This document shows, one piece after another, positions 25,571 to 32,000 of a stretch of DNA of 32,000 bases. Both the position numbers and the translations under genes were made by a program. The notes beneath the pieces are model-generated. The model was not told the DNA's origin and made no database searches. It worked only from the letters and a program-made list of their open reading frames with translations. Within the stretch, counting starts at the first letter, position 1, and each line of letters starts with the position of its first letter. The DNA comes from Patescibacteria group bacterium (GTDB lineage: Bacteria > Patescibacteriota > Patescibacteriia > 2-01-FULL-39-33): contig JBAZRV010000008.1 of NCBI GenBank assembly GCA_041662745.1, positions 1 through 32,000 on the forward strand, written 5' to 3'.

Positions 25571-28500
25571 AGCGCTATCACTGGAAGCGGCATGGGCTCC
25601 ATCACTGCTATTGCGCGATTTAACCTGGAATTGATAATGGTAGGAATCGAGGATTAAACCGCTGATATTAACTTTGCCGGCTACGCCTGAATAAAATCCC
25701 CACTGAAAAAAAGCCGGTACCGCTCACCTGCCAAACAGGACTGGCGCCTAAAGTTCCGTCGCTCTGCACATATTTATTCTGGGAACCTTCATAAATCGCG
25801 TATTCCAAACCATCGGTTTCTGCCGGATTTTTATTGATTAAAACATCCACCGTGCCAACGCCGGGATTGTTAACGGTCGGCGCCGACGGCGTGTACGGCT
25901 TAACATACTTATAGGCTGAATTAGGCGAGCCATTCTCATTGGTTATAGTCTGGCCGTAATCATCCGTATGAGTGATTTTGACTTGGGAAATATAATCATT
26001 ACCGTCCAAAGTGACGCCGACAACCGTAGCCTGATCGGCCGGCGAAGCGGTATTGACGCTTCCGGCAGTGGCGGAACCGTAAGAACCGCCGTCAATCGCT
26101 ACATAAAAATCATTGGTATTGGGGTTGGCCTCGGTAAAAGAACCGCCGATCAATGTTGTTGTTGCTCCGGCCAAAGGCTGGGCTGACAAATTAGCTATGA
26201 CGCTAACGGCCGGCGGCAGAGTATCAAGAGAAAAATCGGCTGAAGGCACATTGGCCGATTGATTGGCAAAAATATCCAAAGCCCTGACCCGCGCTTGCAT
26301 CGTACTTAAATTTTGATCGGGAAAATCAACGGCCGCATTCCAGGTGACGGTTTTGCCCGTTCCCGGGGTTATGTTGGCGCCGATCTCACCACTTAGGGTT
26401 GAGGTGGCCACTAACCAAGTTGACCCGCTATTGTTAGAAATATCCAATATTACCAAAGAATTGTTCTGATCGGCTAAATCATAAGTAATTGTTACGCTTG
26501 TTCCGCCCAAAGGTTGCGTGGCTGAAACATTGGTTAGGCGCGGGGACTTAGTGTCCAAAGAAAAATCAGAAGAGGCTAAAGCGCTATTATTGCTAAAACT
26601 GTCGGTCGCGGTCAAACGGAATTGCATGTTAGTCTTTTCCTGATCATTATAATCGGCGCCAGCGTCCCAAGTGATGGTTTTGCCGGATCCGGGTATGACT
26701 GCTACGCCCAAATCGCCAGTTGCCGAAGAGGTGGCCACAGTCCAAGTTGATCCCCCGTCGGCGGAAACAGCCAATAATAGATTAGCATTGCCGGCGTCTT
26801 CGGAAACATCATAATGAAAAGTAAAAGTATTGGCATTGCCGTCTTGGCCGGCGGAAAGATTAGACAATACCGGCGCATGCGTATCAACGGTAAAGATTGC
26901 GGAACCGCTATAAGATCCCTGATTGCCAAAGCTGTCCCGAGCTCTAACCCGCACCAGGACATTGGTATTATATTGATTGTCATAATCAGCTCCGGCATTC
27001 CAAGCAACGCTTTTGCCAACGCCCGGCGTTACCCCTGAACCGACGGCGCCGGTTAAGCTTGAGGTGGCGACAGTCCAGGTTGACCCGCCATCGCCGGAAA
27101 TATCTATCTGAATCAAAGAGCTGTTAGCGTCGGTTAAATTATAAGTTATGGCCACGGTTCTGGCGCCGGCGTTTTGGCTGGCGGTTACATCCGAGACAAC
27201 CGGAGCCTTGTTATCCAAAGAAAAATTCGCCGAAGCGACTAAACTGCCGTCAGTCAAGGTGTCGTTTCCTCTTAAACGAATCTTGGCTGTGGTTGTTTCC
27301 AAGCTCGGTAAATCCGCGCCCGAATCCCAAACAAAACTATAAGCGCTGCCGGTCGGCAAAAATATCAGATTAGCCGTGCCATTACTGCCTGCGCCGGACT
27401 TCTCTGTCATGGCCTGCCAACTGGAGCCGTCAACGGAATACTCGTAAGCGGATAAATAAGTAACATCGCCCTGGCCATCCGTACCCGTATAAGCAATGGG
27501 GCTGTACTGCGAGCCGTCTGTTGTTTGGGCATAACTGTCTAAAACAATGCCGGGGGCGGTATTGGTGATTTGCGCCGTAGCGGAAAAAGCCGAGTCCGAA
27601 GACGCCGCATGGCCGGCATCACTGGGGTTGCGCGACTTAACCTTAAAAATATAATTAGCCACCGGCGAAGATAAGCCGGTTATTCTGACCGTACCGGCCG
27701 AACCGGTATTATTGCCCCATTGGCCGGAACCGGTGCCGATAATCTGCCAAACCGGGCTGACGCCTAAAGTGCCGTCGCTCTGCACATATTTGGAAGTCGT
27801 GGTTTCAAATAGAGCGTATTGCACATCACCGGCTTCGCCGGCGTGCGAATTAATTGTCAAATCCAAACGCGTGGTAACGGGATTGCTCAAGGTCGGGGCT
27901 GACGGCGTATAAGGCTTAACATACTTATAAATGGAATTCGGAGTTAAATTTTCATTAACTCCCAGGTTGAAGTAATCATCGGTATGAACAATCTTAACCT
28001 GAGAAATATAATCATTGCCGTCCAAAGTGGCGCCGACAGCCGTGGCAAGATTAGACGGAGTAGCCGTATCACTGTCGCCGGCCGTAGATGAGCTGTAACC
28101 GCCTCCGTCAATCGCCACATAAAAATGATTGGCATCGGGATTAACCTCGGTAAACGATCCGCCGATTAAAACCGCAGTGTCGCCGGCGTTGGGTTGAGCT
28201 TGCAAATCAGCCGCGGTTAATGTCGCTGCCGGCAAAGTATCCAAAGAAAAATTAGCCGAGGCGGAATAAACGCCCTGGTTCTGCCACTTGTCCTTGGCCC
28301 GGATGCGCACTCGCATATTGCTTTTCTGTTGGTTGGGATAATCCGCGCCGGCAGTCCAATAAATTGTCTTGCCATTGCCGGCCGTTACTCCCGCGCCGAC
28401 AGCGCCGCTAACGCCGGTTGCCGGTACCGTCCAAGTATCTCCGTCATCGCCCGATATTTGCATCTCTACCAAAATATTATCGGCGGTATCATCAAATAAA

Positions 28501-28922
28501 TCATAAGTGACGGCCACTGTCGTTGTGCCCAAGGGTTGAGTGGCTAAAACATTGGAAACGGTGGAAGAAACATAATCAACGGTGAAAACGGAGGAAGTGG
28601 CATAAATGCCATTGCCGATGCCGTCATTAGGCCGTAAACGAACATAAGTGGTGGTAACGACGTCGCCCAATTGCGAACGGGCGTCCCAAACGAAAGTGTG
28701 GGGCGTACCGCCGGAAGAAGCGGGCAAGCCGGAAACTCCGCTATGGGCCGGATCGGTGGTGGAGGCGGTCATAGTCACCGCGTCGGCAAAGGTGCCGGAT
28801 AAGGAATACTCATAAGCCGTCAAACTGGATATATCGTCTTCCGCGTCTTGCAAATTATAATTGACATGGACATAACCATAAGTTGTGTCTTGCGCCGGCG
28901 CCACAGATTGCACCTGGGGTCG
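22187..28922 (-). repeat. In-frame array of four diverged super-repeats inside the giant gene, period 2016 nt (672 codons)
   Basis: Unit 1 is 27552..28922 (A-B-C). Unit 2 is 25532..27551 (A-B-B-B-C, contains the frameshift). Unit 3 is 23516..25531 (A-B-B-B-C). Unit 4 is 22187..23515 (A-B-B-B). The landmark INYTG occurs at residues 31-35 and 703-707 of ORF 20723..25570. The landmark YKYVKPYTPSAPT recurs near 27915, 25895 and 23880. Confidence 0.85.
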
Positions 28923-30269
28923 CTGATTTTGCGTGTAAGTAATGGTGATATTATCCAAAATCACCTGCTGAGTGCCATCGCTCGACAAGTAAGCGCGCCA
29001 TTTTATTTGATTGGTAGAAGTGGTGAATTTAGAAATATTGGCGTTAACATCGGTTGCTGTATTATAATCAGTCGTTAAGGTGGTGGTCGCCCAAGCTGAG
29101 CCGTTGTAATATTGCCAATTAGACCCGTCATCAGCTGACAATTGATAATAAATTTCTCCGCCGTTTTTAGTCGCTGTTTCCACGAAAGAATTCCAACTTA
29201 CCGTCTTGAGCATCGTCAATGAGGCGACTGGAGTAGTTGTTGGCTTATCGGAAGCATAAGCATGAGTGGTTTTCGACCAATCCAACTGGATATTGTCAAA
29301 ACCAACCGTATAAGGACCAATATTAGAACCGCCGGTTTCCAGCCAAACAGCTAACTTAAGATAATAAGTGCCAATAGCCGTTACCTTGGAAGAAACATCC
29401 AAATTGCTGACCGAAGTCCAACCTTGGGTAGCGGTTATTTCTCCCGACGACCAGACCTCTTGGCCGATAGTCGGCGCGCCGGTGCCAGTATCAATAAAAG
29501 CGTAAACCTTAAAGGTTATGGGCGGATTGGGAGTAGAATCATAAGCTGTAACATGATAATCAAAACTTACAGTTGCTGTCGGATCGGTAACAGTGGTGGT
29601 AAAGCCCTGCCGCCAATAACCGCCTAATTCATCATCTTTGCCGGACGGCGCGCTGATATTTACCCAGCCGCCGGGATTGCCGCCAGTCGTAATCCTAGCT
29701 CCGGTAATATTAACCTCGCCCCCTCCCTGGCCCCAATCGGCATAAGTCCAACCGGTGGTATCGCTGTCAAAACCGGGGTTGGTGATGTTGCCACTATCGG
29801 TCGTACCATTATCTTTTAATTGAGCTACCCCGCCGGTTACCTCAATTTTGGCAGGGTCATAAGTGTAATCGCCGGCGTTGTCAAAAGTCCAATCCTGCGT
29901 GTCGGCCAAAATCTGAATTGCGCCCAAAAAAATAAAAGATAAGATGCCGACGACCAAAATTTTCAAAACAAACAGGCCTCCCGCGCCGCCTGCAGTGGCC
30001 AAACTGATGCGCCGCCTGACGGTGTAAACCCGCAGAGGCTTAACGGCTTTCTGCCGGCTGGGAAAAATCATTCCTTGCTCTTGCAATCGGTCCGGCGGAA
30101 CCAACAGGTACATGGGCAAGGAGACAACGGCAAACACGACTTCTATCGCCAATAATTCTACGGCTAAAGGCAGGACTCTGTACCATTGTCCGGTTTTAAC
30201 GACTTTTTGACGCAAACCGAAAACATAGCCGGAATAAGAAAAAAATAGATTTAGCCAGCGCTTAGACAT
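25668..30269 (-). CDS. Proximal part of the giant repetitive surface protein: N-terminal TM module, lectin/CBM-like jelly-roll region, super-repeats 1-2. It is truncated 14 codons after a T7 run
   Basis: The likely start is MSKRWLNL at 30269, 2 nt after the stop of the 273-aa gene. Two hydrophobic segments are followed by NPGFDSDTTGWTYADW, a CBM-like signature. After that come Asp-box beta-sandwich repeats and FN3-like modules. Confidence 0.88.
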   Translation of the reverse strand: MSKRWLNLFFSYSGYVFGLRQKVVKTGQWYRVLPLAVELLAIEVVFAVVSLPMYLLVPPDRLQEQGMIFPSRQKAVKPLRVYTVRRRISLATAGGAGGLFVLKILVVGILSFIFLGAIQILADTQDWTFDNAGDYTYDPAKIEVTGGVAQLKDNGTTDSGNITNPGFDSDTTGWTYADWGQGGGEVNITGARITTGGNPGGWVNISAPSGKDDELGGYWRQGFTTTVTDPTATVSFDYHVTAYDSTPNPPITFKVYAFIDTGTGAPTIGQEVWSSGEITATQGWTSVSNLDVSSKVTAIGTYYLKLAVWLETGGSNIGPYTVGFDNIQLDWSKTTHAYASDKPTTTPVASLTMLKTVSWNSFVETATKNGGEIYYQLSADDGSNWQYYNGSAWATTTLTTDYNTATDVNANISKFTTSTNQIKWRAYLSSDGTQQVILDNITITYTQNQRPQVQSVAPAQDTTYGYVHVNYNLQDAEDDISSLTAYEYSLSGTFADAVTMTASTTDPAHSGVSGLPASSGGTPHTFVWDARSQLGDVVTTTYVRLRPNDGIGNGIYATSSVFTVDYVSSTVSNVLATQPLGTTTVAVTYDLFDDTADNILVEMQISGDDGDTWTVPATGVSGAVGAGVTAGNGKTIYWTAGADYPNQQKSNMRVRIRAKDKWQNQGVYSASANFSLDTLPAATLTAADLQAQPNAGDTAVLIGGSFTEVNPDANHFYVAIDGGGYSSSTAGDSDTATPSNLATAVGATLDGNDYISQVKIVHTDDYFNLGVNENLTPNSIYKYVKPYTPSAPTLSNPVTTRLDLTINSHAGEAGDVQYALFETTTSKYVQSDGTLGVSPVWQIIGTGSGQWGNNTGSAGTVRITGLSSPVANYIFKVKSRNPSDAGHAASSDSAFSATAQITNTAPGIVLDSYAQTTDGSQYSPIAYTGTDGQGDVTYLSAYEYSVDGSSWQAMTEKSGAGSNGTANLIFLPTGSAYSFVWDSGADLPSLETTTAKIRLRGNDTLTDGSLVASANFSLDNKAPVVSDVTASQNAGARTVAITYNLTDANSSLIQIDISGDGGSTWTVATSSLTGAVGSGVTPGVGKSVAWNAGADYDNQYNTNVLVRVRARDSFGNQGSYSGSAIFTVDTHAPVLSNLSAGQDGNANTFTFHYDVSEDAGNANLLLAVSADGGSTWTVATSSATGDLGVAVIPGSGKTITWDAGADYNDQEKTNMQFRLTATDSFSNNSALASSDFSLDTKSPRLTNVSATQPLGGTSVTITYDLADQNNSLVILDISNNSGSTWLVATSTLSGEIGANITPGTGKTVTWNAAVDFPDQNLSTMQARVRALDIFANQSANVPSADFSLDTLPPAVSVIANLSAQPLAGATTTLIGGSFTEANPNTNDFYVAIDGGSYGSATAGSVNTASPADQATVVGVTLDGNDYISQVKITHTDDYGQTITNENGSPNSAYKYVKPYTPSAPTVNNPGVGTVDVLINKNPAETDGLEYAIYEGSQNKYVQSDGTLGASPVWQVSGTGFFSVGILFRRSRQS
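25706..25712 (-). other. A7 (+ strand) / T7 (coding strand) homopolymer: the frameshift site in the giant gene
   Basis: Coding strand: GGT ACC GGC TTT TTT TCA GTG ... TAA. The +1 frame is open from 25726 downstream and carries the expected paralogous sequence. Confidence 0.8.
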
Positions 30270-30271
30270 AG

Positions 30272-31093
30272 CTAAAGAGTTAATATGGTTAAGAAAATTC
30301 CTAATAAGATGATAATAATCACCGACCAATTGGCCAAGGAATCAATATTCTTGGCGATTAAATCAAACCAAGTGGAAGTTACTTTGAAATATTGGGTCGG
30401 CGCAGTCTCGCTCCTGGTCCCCTGCTGTTGATTGTAACTAAAAACCAGCACCGAATGATTGCCCTCGCTTAAACGAAAATTGCTTTGCAGTTGTTCTATC
30501 CGCCAGTTGCCGGCTGAATCCGCATCGGCCGTATAAACCGCCGTCTGCTGATCCGACAACAATAAAACAACCGTAGCCAGCGGTTGTCCAACGCCTGAGA
30601 AGACGTAATTGCCTCCCCTGATTTTTTTGACTTGTCGCAATTCCGGCCTCGCCATAGTGTTTACTACGCGAGCCGTCTGGATTCCCGTATCAGCGGCCAC
30701 CAATTCCTGTTGCGTAATGTCGGCCGGCTGTAAATCGCCTACCGAATAAAGTTGCAAGGGACCGAAAACGGTCGGTGTCAAAACAATAATCAATAATTTT
30801 GCCAGCCAAACCAAAGCGATAACGCCAACGCCGGTAACTGTTAGGATGCGGCGTAAATTATAATCAAAATTCACTTGGGCATAAGACCCTTGGTCGGCGA
30901 AATAAGCCGTAACGTCGCGAGACTTCAAGGTCAGATATAACGGAAGAGAGGTCACGGCTAAAAATATCTCCCAGAAAAAAAGTAGGAAAATATTATAAAC
31001 TGCCTCCAACCCAGTTTGCCCTACGATAAGTTGTTTGCGATTATAGATGCGGTTGGTTAAAAGCAATACGAGATTTAACCATTTATTCTTCAT
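30272..31093 (-). CDS. 273-aa membrane protein: a mini-paralog made of the giant protein's N-terminal TM module plus its last Ig-like domain and C-terminal TM anchor
   Basis: MKNKWLNLVLLL...EIFLAVTSLPLYL...RRILTVTGVGVIALVWL aligns with MSKRWLNLFFSY...EVVFAVVSLPMYL...RRISLATAGGAGGLFVL. FSGVGQPLATVVLLLSDQQTAVYTADADSAGNWRIEQ...EGNHSV aligns with FSGVSLPNRDVIIYIHSDQALIYRTRADSQGNWRIDH...PGQHTV. The C-terminal helix is WSVIIIILLGIFLTILTL. Confidence 0.85.
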   Translation of the reverse strand: MKNKWLNLVLLLTNRIYNRKQLIVGQTGLEAVYNIFLLFFWEIFLAVTSLPLYLTLKSRDVTAYFADQGSYAQVNFDYNLRRILTVTGVGVIALVWLAKLLIIVLTPTVFGPLQLYSVGDLQPADITQQELVAADTGIQTARVVNTMARPELRQVKKIRGGNYVFSGVGQPLATVVLLLSDQQTAVYTADADSAGNWRIEQLQSNFRLSEGNHSVLVFSYNQQQGTRSETAPTQYFKVTSTWFDLIAKNIDSLANWSVIIIILLGIFLTILTL

Positions 31094-31105
31094 CTATTGT
31101 AGTAT

Positions 31106-31489
31106 TTAAGTGCTTAAAATTTTCTCAACCTTGTCTTTTAAGACGGATAAGTCCGTATCAGCCTTAATAAAATAATCCCTGGCGCCCAAATCCTTGGCTT
31201 TCTTAATATCTTCTTCATCGCCCAAATTAGACAAAACGATTACCGGCGTGGCTCGTAAATTAGTATTGGCCTTAATATTCTTAAGAAACTCAAAACCGTT
31301 CATTTTCGGCAATAACAGATCAAGCAAAACAACATTCGGCTTGGTTCTTTCCGCCATGTGCAGGGCGGTTTCACCGTCAGTGGCGGTAGCGATAGTAAAG
31401 CCGCCTTCATGAAAAACCAGATACAGCGCTCTTAATAGAATTTCATCGTCTTCAACTATCAAAACTATTTTTGTTCCTTCTTTCGCCAT
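31106..31489 (-). CDS. Stand-alone response-regulator receiver domain, 127 aa
   Basis: LIVEDDE, VVLLDLLLPKMNG, VLSNL, YFIKAD. No output domain. Confidence 0.92.
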   Translation of the reverse strand: MAKEGTKIVLIVEDDEILLRALYLVFHEGGFTIATATDGETALHMAERTKPNVVLLDLLLPKMNGFEFLKNIKANTNLRATPVIVLSNLGDEEDIKKAKDLGARDYFIKADTDLSVLKDKVEKILST

Positions 31490-31492
31490 ATT

Positions 31493-31912
31493 TTAATCTT
31501 TTAACGACTTTTTAATATAATCGATGATTTTTTTCATCTCCGTATTGGCTTTAATGAAATATTCTTCGGCGCCCAAGGCCTTAACCGATTTAACATCGCC
31601 AATCTCGTCAAGATTTGACAGGACGACAACGGGGATATTTTTTACTTTGTCATCGGCCTTCAACTCCTTAAGCACCGTAAAACCGTCAATGCCGGGAATA
31701 ACCAAATCCAACAAAATCAGCTGAGGTAAGAATTTTTTGACCATGGCGACGGCATCATTGCCGTTATCCACCACCATGACCTCAAAGCCTTCGTTTTTTA
31801 AGCTTTCTGCCAACACTTTGGATAACAAAGAATCATCCTCCACAACCAGGACTTTTCGGGGTTGTTTTTTGGATTGACCTTTCTCTCCAAGGCCAAAAAT
31901 GGTTTTTAGCAT
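31493..31912 (-). CDS. Stand-alone response-regulator receiver domain with a short basic N-terminal extension, 139 aa
   Basis: LVVEDDS, LILLDLVIPGIDG, VLSNL, YFIKAN. No output domain. Confidence 0.92.
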   Translation of the reverse strand: MLKTIFGLGEKGQSKKQPRKVLVVEDDSLLSKVLAESLKNEGFEVMVVDNGNDAVAMVKKFLPQLILLDLVIPGIDGFTVLKELKADDKVKNIPVVVLSNLDEIGDVKSVKALGAEEYFIKANTEMKKIIDYIKKSLKD

Positions 31913-31948
31913 AATTTGATTAAGTTGCCCCCCAAATTAGTTAAATAT

Positions 31949-31993
31949 AGTATACCACAATATTATACCATAAACAAAATAAATGCGCATCAA
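31949..31993 (-). promoter_or_regulatory. Candidate sigma70-type promoter for the operon (extended -10)
   Basis: The minus strand reads agcgcgcTTGATGcgcatttattttgtttaTGgTATAATattgtggTATACTatattt. TGGTATAAT is at 31962..31970. A second -10-like element, TATACT, lies at 31949..31954, 17 nt downstream of TTGTTT. The first ATG follows about 40-50 nt later at 31912. Confidence 0.4.
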
Positions 31994-32000
31994 GCGCGCT

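Larger units (their letters stand above)
20723..30269 (-). pseudogene. A single ~3181-codon giant surface-protein gene interrupted by a 1-nt frameshift (or a recoding/phase-variable site)
   Basis: Removing one T from the T7 run restores GTGFFQWGFYSGVAGKVNISGL...KSRNSSDGAHAASSDSALSSSASSVNQ. This is collinear with the two intact paralogous copies of that module, and the frame runs straight into ORF 20723..25570. Confidence 0.7.

Noticed and set aside
22187-28922. Could the periodic repeats be a CRISPR array, a satellite or a diversity-generating retroelement target?
   Set aside because: The period is 2016 nt, it is in frame, and it is diverged throughout. There are no short identical repeats separated by spacers. 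No reverse transcriptase or template repeat is present in the window. It is a protein-domain repeat.
20927-29627. Many 60-115-aa ORFs on both strands inside the giant gene (for example 20927..21271 +, 23930..24226 +, 24808..25098 -, 25390..25605 -, 26702..27019 -, 28848..29078 +)
   Set aside because: All are out of frame with, or antisense to, a continuous frame of more than 9.5 kb that carries a self-consistent domain-repeat structure. They are rich in Arg/Gly/Pro, as expected of off-frame translation of this composition.

Overview
Every gene I can support in this 32 kb window is on the minus strand, with very short or overlapping junctions. The sequence is moderately AT-rich. The gene content suggests a small-genome uncultivated bacterium (Patescibacteria/CPR-like), but that is inference only. 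Reading in the minus-strand direction, from high to low coordinates, there are three parts. (1) 31985 to 13565 is an ~18 kb operon-like block with a candidate extended -10 promoter at one end and a clear rho-independent terminator at the other. It encodes two stand-alone receiver proteins, a 273-aa membrane protein, a giant repetitive surface-protein gene, a cytoplasmic multi-PAS histidine kinase, a third stand-alone receiver, a PAS-PAS protein followed by an overlapping 66-aa ORF, and a Cache/HAMP/PAS histidine kinase. The surface-protein gene appears in the ORF track as two ORFs of 1553 and 1615 aa. They form a single ~3181-aa frame if one base is removed from an A7/T7 run at 25706..25712. 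(2) 13465 to 4165 holds housekeeping genes: rarA, a Nudix hydrolase, a small EF-Tu-domain-2-like barrel protein, queH, four unknown (mostly membrane) proteins, an HtrA/PDZ-like protein whose catalytic triad appears to be replaced, and dnaE. (3) 4100 to 124 holds a membrane-anchored D1-only Clp-like AAA+ protein, a 365-aa membrane-anchored unknown, a possible 44-aa TM peptide, miaB, tRNA-Thr(UGU), rpmG (missing from the ORF track) and tRNA-Trp(CCA). I found no CRISPR array, transposase, integrase or rRNA. The most interesting feature is the signalling-flanked giant protein, built from 2016-nt super-repeats, together with its small paralog that consists of just the giant protein's two ends.
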